NCBI GenBank assembly: GCA_045594665.1
Contig: JAZNYX010000017.1
Location: forward strand, 1,575-65,574
Reading direction: 5' to 3'
DNA length: 64,000 nucleotides
DNA from: Clostridia bacterium
GTDB taxonomy: Bacteria; Bacillota; Clostridia; UMGS1883
Shown: in pieces, positions 36,906 through 46,215 of the stretch
How positions within the stretch are numbered: position 1 is the stretch's first letter
How the letters are laid out: each line of letters starts with the position of its first letter
The notes under the pieces: generated by a model
What the model was told of the DNA's origin: nothing
Database searches by the model: none
Seen by the model: the letters and a program-made list of their open reading frames with translations, nothing else
Position numbers and translations under genes: made by a program

Positions 36906-38240
36906 TTGTTTAACATACTTGATTATGGTGCAATAAATGATATAAATGTAAACTCAACAAAAGCAGTGCAAAAAGCTATTGACGCCTGCCGTGAAAACGG
37001 AGGGGGAACGGTTTTTGTCCCTGCGGGAAAGTATACAATAGCATCGCTTGTTCTTTGCAGTAATCTGCATTTTGTATTTGAAGCAGGTGCCTTTTTCTAC
37101 GGAAGCAAAAATATAGACGACTTCAACCCCCGTGAAGAGATTGATTATCCTCTTTATCAGGATCCCACTCATTCATATTTTGAGCACAGTATGTTCTTTG
37201 CCAACGAGTGTTCAAATGTATCTTTTTCGGGCTTTGGCACCATTGATATGCAGGCAGTATGGGAAAATGTTCCCACTCCCGGCGCCACCGACTGGAGCAA
37301 TTTAAGGGGGGCAAAGATTTTTGCGTTTAAAAAATGCACTGACGTGATTGTATCCGACCTTACGCTTTTGCATTGTACCGATGTTGCAGTGTATTTTGCA
37401 GGCTGTGAAAGGGTGAAGGCTACTCGCCTTACTATTGATACAAATATCGATGCCATCAGCCCCGACTGTTGTAAAAACGTGACTATTTCAGACTGCTTTA
37501 TCCGCAGCGGTGATGATGCAATCGTTCTTAAAAGCTCCTATGTTCTCAATGAAAAGCGTGTTTGCGAAAACGTTACGGTTACAAACTGCAGTGTAACCTC
37601 ACGTTGTAACGGAATCAAGCTGGGAACGGAATCCAACGGAGGATATAAGAATATTGCAATTACCAACTGTTGTGTTTACAATACATATATGGCAGGTGTC
37701 GCCCTTGAAATTACCGACGGCGGCGACCTGGACGGCGTTGTGGTAAATAATATCGCTATGAAAAACGTGGGTACACCTATTTTCGTGATTCTTTCAGACC
37801 GCAGACGTGGCCCCGAAGGAACAGGGCTTGGTACACTGAAAAATGTGGTAATCAGTAATGTTACCGCAATCGGCCCTTATGATGAGCCTTGGCTTGCTCC
37901 GCACCTTACCACCTTGTGGGATGGGGAGCAGATGTGCGTAACAGAAGTGATTACTTCAACCGTTACAGGCCATGTAGATAGACCGATTGAAAACATCACC
38001 CTTTCAAATATCACCCTTTCTGTTCCAGGCGGCGGCACAGAGGAAGACAGACACATCGTTGTTCCCGAAAAGGAGAAGAACTATCCCGAAAATAACTGCT
38101 ACGGAAATATTCTTCCTGCCGGCGGCATCTATTTCAGGCACGTTAAAAATCTTAAAGTATCAAATGTTACCGTGATAACAGAAAAAGAGGACAAGCGTGA
38201 CACTCTTGTATTTGAAGATGTTGAGAATTTAATTAAATAA
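36906..38240 (+). CDS. GH28-like right-handed beta-helix glycoside hydrolase
   Basis: QKAIDAC..GGGTVFVPAGKY, NIDAISPD, SGDDAIVLKS, GIKLGTES. TTG start, no signal peptide. Confidence 0.8.
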   Translation: MFNILDYGAINDINVNSTKAVQKAIDACRENGGGTVFVPAGKYTIASLVLCSNLHFVFEAGAFFYGSKNIDDFNPREEIDYPLYQDPTHSYFEHSMFFANECSNVSFSGFGTIDMQAVWENVPTPGATDWSNLRGAKIFAFKKCTDVIVSDLTLLHCTDVAVYFAGCERVKATRLTIDTNIDAISPDCCKNVTISDCFIRSGDDAIVLKSSYVLNEKRVCENVTVTNCSVTSRCNGIKLGTESNGGYKNIAITNCCVYNTYMAGVALEITDGGDLDGVVVNNIAMKNVGTPIFVILSDRRRGPEGTGLGTLKNVVISNVTAIGPYDEPWLAPHLTTLWDGEQMCVTEVITSTVTGHVDRPIENITLSNITLSVPGGGTEEDRHIVVPEKEKNYPENNCYGNILPAGGIYFRHVKNLKVSNVTVITEKEDKRDTLVFEDVENLIK

Positions 38241-38251
38241 AAGGAAGAATA

Positions 38252-38914
38252 ATGAAGATTATAGCACACATCAAAACCGATTTTAAAGAAAAGTTCGGAA
38301 TACCTCGTCAAAGCGGACTGGTAGAGGAAACGCAAGGAAAAATTATTTTTGAAAAAGAGTATCGTATTCCCGAAGCCTTTCGCGGACTTGAGAAATTTTC
38401 CCATATATGGATTTTATGGAATTTTTCAAAAGCGGAGAGGGAGAATTGGACACCCACTGTCCGCCCTCCGCTTTTGGGCGGTAATAAACGAATGGGCGTT
38501 TTTGCGACGCGTTCTCCTTTTCGTCCTAATCCCATTGGGCTTTCCTGTGTGAAGCTTGAAAAAATAGAGCAGACAAAGGAGCATGGTACTGTGCTTTACG
38601 TGCGTGGTGCAGACCTTATGGACGGCACGCCCATTTATGATATAAAGCCCTATCTTCCATATACCGATTCCCACCCCGATGCGGTGGGAGGCTTTACGGA
38701 GAATCTTTCGGAAAGAAAGGTTTCCGTCAAGATAGAATGTGACGGGTTTCACAAAATCCCTCAGGAAAAACAAACCGAGATTATAAAAATTCTTGAGCAG
38801 GACCCTACGCCTTCATATAAAGAAGAAGGAAAGGTTTACGGAATGAACTACGGCGGCTATGAGGTGAAGTTTTATATAAAGGACAAAATGCTGCATATTA
38901 TATCTTTACAATAG
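38252..38914 (+). CDS. trmO: tRNA m6t6A37 methyltransferase (TrmO/TsaA)
   Basis: KFGIPRQSGLV, GVFATRSPFRPNPIGLS, DLMDGTPIYDIKPY. Confidence 0.9.
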   Translation: MKIIAHIKTDFKEKFGIPRQSGLVEETQGKIIFEKEYRIPEAFRGLEKFSHIWILWNFSKAERENWTPTVRPPLLGGNKRMGVFATRSPFRPNPIGLSCVKLEKIEQTKEHGTVLYVRGADLMDGTPIYDIKPYLPYTDSHPDAVGGFTENLSERKVSVKIECDGFHKIPQEKQTEIIKILEQDPTPSYKEEGKVYGMNYGGYEVKFYIKDKMLHIISLQ

Positions 38915-38962
38915 TGCTTACTTGTGGTATAATGTATGAAAATAAATTTTGGAGGTAATATT

Positions 38963-39262
38963 ATGGCAGAAATTTTAGAAGTAATTATGATTGTGAGCTT
39001 TGGCTTTTCATGGCCTCTTAATTTAATCAAGTCGTATAAAGCACGTACAACAAAAGGTAAGAGTCTTGCATTTTTGCTTCTTATATTCTTTGGTTACATA
39101 GCAGGCATTGCGTCAAAATTTGTAAATGAGAGCTATATGGCAAGCATCTCTGAAAAATGGTATGTGCTTTTCTTCTACGTACTTAATTTTATTATGGTGG
39201 GAGCAGACCTTGTTATGTACATAAGAAACAGAAAACTTGATAAGGAAAACGGTATATTATAA
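38963..39262 (+). CDS. Small 3-TM PQ-loop/SemiSWEET-like membrane protein
   Basis: SFGFSWPLNLIKSYKARTTKGKS followed by two more TMs. RBS GGAGG. Confidence 0.65.
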   Translation: MAEILEVIMIVSFGFSWPLNLIKSYKARTTKGKSLAFLLLIFFGYIAGIASKFVNESYMASISEKWYVLFFYVLNFIMVGADLVMYIRNRKLDKENGIL

Positions 39263-39289
39263 TTTGTGAATTTACTCAAAATTTTAATC

Positions 39290-39318
39290 TTGACAAATGA
39301 ATACGGTTGTGTTATCAT
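39290..39318 (+). promoter_or_regulatory. Sigma-A promoter of the MgtC-family gene
   Basis: TTGACA-17 nt-TATCAT with TG extension. Confidence 0.6.
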
Positions 39319-39418
39319 ATAATGCAATGTAGAGATTGTGAGACGTATTAAAACTTGAGGTGTACTCTATGCTTTAGTGCGTCTTTCGTTATTATATATA
39401 AAGAAAGGAAGAAGGAAA

Positions 39419-40114
39419 ATGGAAAATTTATTAACAGCGGGAACACAGCTCGAGCTTATTTTCAGGCTGCTTTTGGCAGGAATATGCGGTGTGATCATCG
39501 GTCTTGAGAGAAGAAACCGTTCCAAGGAGGCAGGTATACGCACGCATTTTGTTGTTGCTTGCGGTGCGGCACTTATGATAATTGTGTCAAAGTATGCTTT
39601 TTTCGATGTAATCAAAACAGGTCTTATTGAAGGGGCCGACATTCGTCTTGACCCTTCCAGAGTCGCTTCCACCATTGCCAGCGGTATCGGTTTCCTTGGT
39701 GCAGGCATGATTTTCGTACATAGAAATACTATTACCGGTCTTACCACTGCGGCAGGCATCTGGGCAACCTCCGGCGTAGGTATGGCAATCGGTGCGGGTC
39801 TTTACTACATCGGCATATGTGCGGCAATTCTTATTGTTTTGGCACAGATTCTTCTGCATATGAATCTTCACTGGAAGAAAATGCCCAAAACAAAAATCCT
39901 TGTAATACGTGATGTGAAAGAAGAAAATTATCAGGAAACAATCACAAGCTTTTTAAGGGAAAGAAGTATATTTGTCCGTGATGTGGCAATAGATTGGGAT
40001 AAAGAAAATCAGTCACGCAAATATACCCTTACAATAGAACTTCCTATGGATACTGTGGAAGAAGAAATCATAGCTGAAATAGGATATAATGTATCGATTA
40101 AAACCAGTATATAA
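39419..40114 (+). CDS. MgtC/SapB family protein
   Basis: IGLERR, AGIRTHF, DPSRVASTIASGIGFLGAG, GLTTAAGIW. Confidence 0.92.
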   Translation: MENLLTAGTQLELIFRLLLAGICGVIIGLERRNRSKEAGIRTHFVVACGAALMIIVSKYAFFDVIKTGLIEGADIRLDPSRVASTIASGIGFLGAGMIFVHRNTITGLTTAAGIWATSGVGMAIGAGLYYIGICAAILIVLAQILLHMNLHWKKMPKTKILVIRDVKEENYQETITSFLRERSIFVRDVAIDWDKENQSRKYTLTIELPMDTVEEEIIAEIGYNVSIKTSI

Positions 40115-40160
40115 TTTGAAAAAAGGTGATTCTTTTACACAGAATCACCTTTTTCAAATT
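40113..40160. terminator. Terminator hairpin after the MgtC-family gene
   Basis: aatttgaaaaaaggtgattct-tttacac-agaatcacctttttcaaatt. Confidence 0.75.
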
Positions 40161-40230
40161 ATATGGTATTGACAAAAAGGCGTGTTATGAAGTAAAATTG
40201 TATATATACAACATAAAGGAAGTGCATAAT

Positions 40231-42126
40231 ATGAAGCCTATAAAATTTAAAGGTGTTTACAAGGATTACATATGGGGCGGCAATAAAATGCGCAGTAAAT
40301 ACAACGTAAAGACCGATATGGACGTTGTAGCCGAAAGCTGGGTGCTGAGTTGTCATAAGGACGGTATGAGTGTTATCTCGGGCGGAAGCTATGACGGTAT
40401 GGCACTTGATAAATTTATTGCGGATAACCCCTCAGTTCTGGGCACTGACTGCAAATGGAAAGAGCTTCCCATTCTTATTAAATTTATTGATGCGGCAGAT
40501 AATCTCAGTGTTCAGGTGCATCCCGATAATGAGCAGGCTAAGGCGTGGGAAAATCAAAACGGCAAAACTGAGATGTGGTATGTAATCGAGGCAGATAAAA
40601 ATGCTAAAATAACATACGGTGTTAAAGAAAATATCACAAGCGAAAAGCTTGGGGACGCTATAAAGAATAACACCGTGGAAAACCTTCTCAATACAGTTCC
40701 CTCCAAAAAGGGAGATGTGTTTTTTGTGGAGGCAGGAACGATTCATGCAATCGGTGCAGGAAATCTTATTGCGGAAATTCAGCAGAATTCCAATGTTACA
40801 TACCGCCTGTACGATTATGACAGGCGTGGAAAAGACGGAAAGCCCCGTGAGCTTCATATTGAAAAGGGCGTAAAGTGTTCAAAAACAGAAGTGATTTCTT
40901 CCCGAAAGATACCCACATGCAGTGACGGAACACGTATGGTAGGAAGCTGTGAGTATTTCCAGGTAAAGGAACTTAAATTATCGGGTAAGAAGAATAAGCT
41001 TTATTGCAGCGAAAAAAGCTATCAGGCTTTGATTTTCCCTGACTGCGGAGGAACCATTTTCTTTGGTGATGAAGAAATGAGCGTTTCGGCAGGGGAGGCA
41101 GTGTTTATCCCTGCAGGTCTTGGTGAATATAGCGTAAAGGGAAGCGGAACGCTCCTTATTGCAAGCAATCCTCCGAGATATTTTGTAGGAATTGACTTGG
41201 GAGGCACAAATATTGCGGCGGCAGTGGTGGATGAATACGGAGTAATTTACGGAAGGGCAAAGAGAAGGACAAATGCACCGCGCCCTTATAACGAAATTCT
41301 TGATGATATGGCGTTGTGTGCAAGGGAAGCTGCAGAGGAAAGCGGAATCAGCTTTGACGATATTGAAAATGTGGGAATAGGTTGCCCCGGTGCAATAGAT
41401 AAGGAAACACAAAGTATTGAATTTTCAAACAATCTTGATTTTTATAATGTCCCTGCGGTAGAATATATGGAAAAGGCACTCGGTAAAAAAGTGTATATTG
41501 AAAATGATGCAAATGCTGCAGCGTGGGGAGAATTTCTTGCAGGAAGCGGCAAAAAGTGTGACAGTATGATTATGGTTACCTTAGGCACAGGAGTAGGAAG
41601 CGGAATCATAATTGACGGCAAGCTCTTTGGAGGTGCTTACGGCAAGGGAGCCGAGCTTGGGCATATGTCCTTTATAAAAAACGGAGAGAAGTGTACCTGC
41701 GGAAAAAGAGGCTGTTTTGAAGCATATGCATCGGCAACGGCACTTATACGAATGACTAAGAAAGCCATGAAAGAAAACCCGGACACTGACATGTGGAGAG
41801 TATGCCACGGCAAGCTTTCAAATGCTGACGGCAGAACGGCATTTACTGCAAAGGATGCGGCTGCAAAGGGTGTTGTGAAAGAATATCTTGGCAATCTTAC
41901 AGACGGTATCATCAGCATAGTAAATATGTTCCAGCCCAACATTATATGTATAGGCGGCGGTGTCAGCAATGCCGGAAAGAGAATCCTTGCCCCCATTGCA
42001 AAGGGAATAGAAAAGTATTCCTTTGCCCGCTTCGGAGCAAAGCAGACAGTTGCCGAGCTTGCAACGCTTGGAAACGATGCAGGAATTATCGGTGCGGCAC
42101 TGCTCTGGAAAAACGAAACTAAATAA
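40231..42126 (+). CDS. Fusion of type I mannose-6-phosphate isomerase (N-term) and ROK sugar kinase (C-term)
   Basis: LSVQVHP, KTEMWY, IHAIG, EIQQNS in the first half; GIDLGGT, IENDANAAAWGE, GTGVGSG, ELGHM, CTCGKRGCFE in the second, in one frame. Confidence 0.88.
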   Translation: MKPIKFKGVYKDYIWGGNKMRSKYNVKTDMDVVAESWVLSCHKDGMSVISGGSYDGMALDKFIADNPSVLGTDCKWKELPILIKFIDAADNLSVQVHPDNEQAKAWENQNGKTEMWYVIEADKNAKITYGVKENITSEKLGDAIKNNTVENLLNTVPSKKGDVFFVEAGTIHAIGAGNLIAEIQQNSNVTYRLYDYDRRGKDGKPRELHIEKGVKCSKTEVISSRKIPTCSDGTRMVGSCEYFQVKELKLSGKKNKLYCSEKSYQALIFPDCGGTIFFGDEEMSVSAGEAVFIPAGLGEYSVKGSGTLLIASNPPRYFVGIDLGGTNIAAAVVDEYGVIYGRAKRRTNAPRPYNEILDDMALCAREAAEESGISFDDIENVGIGCPGAIDKETQSIEFSNNLDFYNVPAVEYMEKALGKKVYIENDANAAAWGEFLAGSGKKCDSMIMVTLGTGVGSGIIIDGKLFGGAYGKGAELGHMSFIKNGEKCTCGKRGCFEAYASATALIRMTKKAMKENPDTDMWRVCHGKLSNADGRTAFTAKDAAAKGVVKEYLGNLTDGIISIVNMFQPNIICIGGGVSNAGKRILAPIAKGIEKYSFARFGAKQTVAELATLGNDAGIIGAALLWKNETK

Positions 42127-42138
42127 AGCAAAAGAAGA

Positions 42139-42440
42139 GGCTGGCGCGAAATGATGTCATTTTGCGACAGCCCCTTTTGGGGCGAACGAAAAATAGCAGA
42201 GATTGGACAAACTGAGCTGAGAAAGCCTATATTGGGCTTTCTCAGGTTACCCGAAGGCGTACGATGGTACGTCGAGAGGCGAAGTTTGTTCAAAACACAA
42301 GGCATTTTATTGCAGAAATTCGTCATTTGACGAATTTCTACCTAAACTTTTTCTTTGTTTTCGCTTTTCAGTCACAAAGAAAAGGCTTTGTTAAGCCATT
42401 TCTTCGCCTTGTGTGGTGTGTGTATTTTGCGACAGCCCCC
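42139..42440. repeat. Structured dispersed repeat, copy 2, with ttttgcgacagcc ends (MITE-like)
   Basis: Core 42205-42291 is homologous to 17290-17363. ttttgcgacagcc occurs twice, near 42160 and 42425. Confidence 0.75.
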
Positions 42441-42464
42441 GTTTTTTTCTATTCTTTGGGGAAA

Positions 42465-43646
42465 TTATAACTCGCTTCCACCGTCACCTATATCGCATAC
42501 ATAGAAGGTGGGGGCATAGCCTATTTTTTCTGTATAGCCAACGCCAACTTTTTCTTTGAATTCTTCTACGCTTTCCTCACGCACAATAGAAACCGTGCTT
42601 CCGCCAAAGCCTGCACCCGTCATACGGCTGCCGAGAACTCCGGGGATTTTTCTCGCTTCCTCAACCAATGTATCAAGTTCAATTCCCGTAACCTCATAGA
42701 GATATCGAAGCGAATCGTGGCTTTCATTCATCAGCTTTCCGAAAAGAGCAATATCGCCCTTTGTAAGAGCTTCTATACTGCGAAGAACTCTGTCATCTTC
42801 ATTTACTACATGCGTTACTCTGCTTAAAATAACCTCATCTTTAATAAGATTTTTCACCTTGTCAAACAATTCTGCCGTGACATCACCCAGACAGTTGATT
42901 TCGGGGAGTGCTTCTTTCAGAATTGCATAGCCTCTGTCGCACTCACTGCGGCGTTCATTATACTTACTTGATGCCAGTGAGTGTTTTTTATTGGTGTTTG
43001 TAATGACTAATTTGCAACCATCCATTTTAAGAGGAACAAGCTTAAAGTCAAGATTTTTGCAGTCAAGGAAAATTGCGTGATTTGCTTTTCCCATGGCAGA
43101 TGCAAACTGATCCATAATCCCGCAGTTAACACCGCAGTAATTATGCTCTGCCGCCTGACCTATAAGTGCCATTTTAATCATATCGGGTTTTTCGGCGATG
43201 CCGTTTTTCTCATTGGAAAGGGTAGCAAAAGCAAGTGCCGTCGCAACCTCAATTGCCGCTGATGAAGAAAGACCGCCACCATGGGGGAGAGTATCGTCAT
43301 AGAGCATATCACATCCTACTATGTCATAGCCTCCCTTTTTAAGCTCACTCATCACGCCTGCCTGATAATTGCCCCACCAAAGGTCTTTATAATTGTCAAG
43401 ATTATCGGTGTCAATTTCCACAATATCGGGGAGGTCTGTTGCTTTCATACGGATTGTGTTTTTGCCTGTTACCCTGAGAGCTATCATTGTTCCCATAGTA
43501 AGAGCCGCAGGGAAAACAAAACCACCGTTATAATCCGTATGCTCACCGATAAGATTTACTCTTCCGGGAGAATAGAATATGCGTATATCCTGCTCACTTC
43601 CTCCGTAGAGCTTTATAAATTCTGATTTTATTTCTGCCTGTGTCAT
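42465..43646 (-). CDS. galK: Galactokinase
   Basis: PGRVNLIGEHTDYNGG, GLSSSAA, CGIMDQF, GSRMTGAGFGG. Confidence 0.97.
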   Translation of the reverse strand: MTQAEIKSEFIKLYGGSEQDIRIFYSPGRVNLIGEHTDYNGGFVFPAALTMGTMIALRVTGKNTIRMKATDLPDIVEIDTDNLDNYKDLWWGNYQAGVMSELKKGGYDIVGCDMLYDDTLPHGGGLSSSAAIEVATALAFATLSNEKNGIAEKPDMIKMALIGQAAEHNYCGVNCGIMDQFASAMGKANHAIFLDCKNLDFKLVPLKMDGCKLVITNTNKKHSLASSKYNERRSECDRGYAILKEALPEINCLGDVTAELFDKVKNLIKDEVILSRVTHVVNEDDRVLRSIEALTKGDIALFGKLMNESHDSLRYLYEVTGIELDTLVEEARKIPGVLGSRMTGAGFGGSTVSIVREESVEEFKEKVGVGYTEKIGYAPTFYVCDIGDGGSEL

Positions 43647-43657
43647 TCCGATGCCTC

Positions 43658-44638
43658 CTATTTTTGCGAATCAATATACTTTTTATATGCCTCACGAAGC
43701 TCTATGCTGGTTGCTTCAGGAGCAGTGGGATTACAGTGTGCCCAGGCTCCTGTTTCGCTTGAAGCGTTAAACTTCTGCTTTTCGGCACTTCTCATGGGAG
43801 GGAAGAATTCTATATGGAAGTGATAATAATCACTTGTATCACCGCTGTTAACAGGACCTTGATGCATACACATCATGTAAGGGAATGTGTAGCCGAAGAG
43901 GTTATCAAGTGTTCCTGCGGCTTCCCTTACCGCTTTTGCAAGATTGTCCTTTTCACGGTCTGTAAACTCTGTAAGGTACTGCTTGTGTGCCTTGGAGGCT
44001 ATGTAAACACCGTAGGGATATTCACAGAAGAAGGGGAGGAAGCAAATAAAATCCTCGTTTTCAAAAATAATACGTCTGCCGTCCTTTACTTCGTTTTCAA
44101 TCATATCGCAGAAAAGGCATCTGCCTGTTTCTTCCTTATGCTCTTTGCTTGATTCAAGCTCAAGCTCAAGCTTTTTGGGAATAAAGCTGTAACCGTAAAT
44201 CTGACCGTGGGGATGAGGCATTGTAACGCCTACCACATCACCGCGGTTTTCAAATATAAATACATACTTGATTTTTTCGTCACGGCTTAATTCTTCAAAT
44301 CTCTCCGTCCATAAATCCACCAGTTTGCGGACATGGGCTTCGGAAAGCTCGGGCAGAGTTACCGTATGCTCGGGGGAATAAAGGATAACCTCACACTTTC
44401 CGTAGGAGGGAGCCGTTTTATAAAGCTCTGTTGCCACATCATCCATTTCGGGAGGATTTTGGGAAAGAGCGGGGAAATCGTTATCATATTTCAATACATC
44501 AAAGGAAGCGGGAACCTTATCATTGTCAGGTCCGGGACAAAAAGGACACCAGTCCTTGGGCATCTGAGGACGGTTCTGCCTGTGAGATGCTATCATAACC
44601 CAATCCTTTGTTAAAGGATGCCAACGTAATTCTGCCAT
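43658..44638 (-). CDS. galT: Galactose-1-phosphate uridylyltransferase
   Basis: ELRWHPL, RQNRP, CPFCPG, FENRG, HPHGQIY. Confidence 0.95.
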   Translation of the reverse strand: MAELRWHPLTKDWVMIASHRQNRPQMPKDWCPFCPGPDNDKVPASFDVLKYDNDFPALSQNPPEMDDVATELYKTAPSYGKCEVILYSPEHTVTLPELSEAHVRKLVDLWTERFEELSRDEKIKYVFIFENRGDVVGVTMPHPHGQIYGYSFIPKKLELELESSKEHKEETGRCLFCDMIENEVKDGRRIIFENEDFICFLPFFCEYPYGVYIASKAHKQYLTEFTDREKDNLAKAVREAAGTLDNLFGYTFPYMMCMHQGPVNSGDTSDYYHFHIEFFPPMRSAEKQKFNASSETGAWAHCNPTAPEATSIELREAYKKYIDSQK

Positions 44639-44653
44639 TTTATATCACCTGTC

Positions 44654-45184
44654 TCAAATGTTTTTTGTAAGTATTGCGAGAAATTCGCTGTAAAGTGTCT
44701 GCGGGTCATTCTTGAATGCGGCACACATTTTCTTTGCCATCAGCTCATCACCTACGGAAAGAGAAACGTTAAACATATCGTAATGCCCCTCGGAAATTCC
44801 TAAGTTGACACTGTACTCAATATCATTTACTTTTTTATACTCCGCTTTTACGCTGAGAGCATTTTTTAAATCCTTAATCTTAATTTTTATTGTTCTTAAA
44901 AGCCTCTCACGGACGGTTTTAGGAATCCTGTCCGAAAAGAAACTAAGTGCCTGCAAACCTTTTTTCGTTAGAGTGTAAAACTTATCGGTATCCTCAGTGT
45001 AATAGGTCACAAATTCCTCGCTTTCAAGCTCGGACATTTGCTCTTGGAGGTCAAAATAGTTTACAAACGGCTCAAGTGCCAAAGTATCCACTATAAAGGA
45101 ATTGGGAACAGGCATCCTGAAGTTATTAATTATAAAAAGGGCAATAAGTTTTACATCTATTTTATCGTCAAAACAGTAATCCAA
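44654..45184 (-). CDS. DUF4364 family winged-helix protein
   Basis: KLIALFII...VNYFDLQEQMSEL...YTLTKKGLQALSFF, as recalled for this Clostridia family. Confidence 0.7.
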   Translation of the reverse strand: MDYCFDDKIDVKLIALFIINNFRMPVPNSFIVDTLALEPFVNYFDLQEQMSELESEEFVTYYTEDTDKFYTLTKKGLQALSFFSDRIPKTVRERLLRTIKIKIKDLKNALSVKAEYKKVNDIEYSVNLGISEGHYDMFNVSLSVGDELMAKKMCAAFKNDPQTLYSEFLAILTKNI

Positions 45185-45197
45185 GAAAAATCCTCCA

Positions 45198-46109
45198 TTA
45201 CAAAATATCTTCCTGAGGCATGCTGTGCATCATTTCTTCTTCAGGATTTATGAGGTTGCCCTCATTGTCAATTATAAGTTCAGTCCGCTGTGTTTGAGCG
45301 GGGAAAGCCTTGCCAACAATAAAGTTGATTACAGCCAGTGCAACGAACACAATTAAGGTTTCAAATATTACGCTTACGGTGAATACGCTTAAAACTTCGG
45401 CTATGGAGTTAAGCTTTTCTCCTGATTTTGAATAGTGCATTATGAATTCCATAATGGGGTATCCTATAAAAATTCTATGTATAACCGCCATCAGGAAAAT
45501 GTTTACGAATACTGAAATTATAAGGCGTGTCATAAACACTTTTACAAGCAAATCCGAGAAAAATCCGCGGAAACGTGTGCCGAACCATACAGTCTTATGT
45601 CTGTAAAGAATCCAACCGTGAAGAAATCCTGCAACAACGGAAGCTATAATATATCCCACGTAAACAGACATGTTTTCAACAATCATTCTGATTATTGTAC
45701 ATAGAGAAAAACCAATGCAACAGACAACAGGTCCGTAGAAGAATCCCAACAGTGCATTTACGATAACATCAAGGTTAGTGGTTATATACTGAATAACCTT
45801 TTTTGCACCGCGGAAAGAAAATTCAATTATACCTGCCTGTCCCGCCGTAAGCAGTATGTATACAGCAATCAGACCAATAAGCACGATGATTGTAGAGGGG
45901 GCGCGAAGGTGGTTTAAGGAGCTTACAAGCATCATTTTGCTTCTTGCCATATAATCCTGAATCGATGCGTGGCATCTGTCCCAAAAGCCCATATCCTTTG
46001 ACAAACCGGGGATATACTCCGAACCGTCCTCGGTTATAATAAACCTTGAATTAGCCATTTCCTCACTAAAATATGAATTTTGTAAATTCTGCTCCTGTTT
46101 CTTACTCAT
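45198..46109 (-). CDS. ECF S-component-like membrane protein (FolT-like core) with extensions
   Basis: About 6 TMs with ALLGFFYGPVV and VAGFLHGWILYR motifs; 60-70 aa hydrophilic N-terminus. Confidence 0.55.
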   Translation of the reverse strand: MSKKQEQNLQNSYFSEEMANSRFIITEDGSEYIPGLSKDMGFWDRCHASIQDYMARSKMMLVSSLNHLRAPSTIIVLIGLIAVYILLTAGQAGIIEFSFRGAKKVIQYITTNLDVIVNALLGFFYGPVVCCIGFSLCTIIRMIVENMSVYVGYIIASVVAGFLHGWILYRHKTVWFGTRFRGFFSDLLVKVFMTRLIISVFVNIFLMAVIHRIFIGYPIMEFIMHYSKSGEKLNSIAEVLSVFTVSVIFETLIVFVALAVINFIVGKAFPAQTQRTELIIDNEGNLINPEEEMMHSMPQEDIL

Positions 46110-46170
46110 AAAAACCTCCATTGTGCCATAGGCACAGTAATATGAATTTTAGCATATAAGACATAATTAT

Positions 46171-46199
46171 ATTATAAAGCATTTACACCTTTATTTCAA
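46171..46199 (-). promoter_or_regulatory. Sigma-A promoter of the S-component-like gene (possibly also DUF4364-galT-galK)
   Basis: TTGAAA-17 nt-TATAAT on the minus strand. Confidence 0.6.
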
Positions 46200-46215
46200 T
46201 AGCATATTTGAAAAA

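Noticed and set aside
46110-46170. THF or other riboswitch upstream of the FolT-like gene
   Set aside because: The leader is only about 55 nt with one small hairpin (tgtgcc-ata-ggcaca), too short for a THF aptamer.
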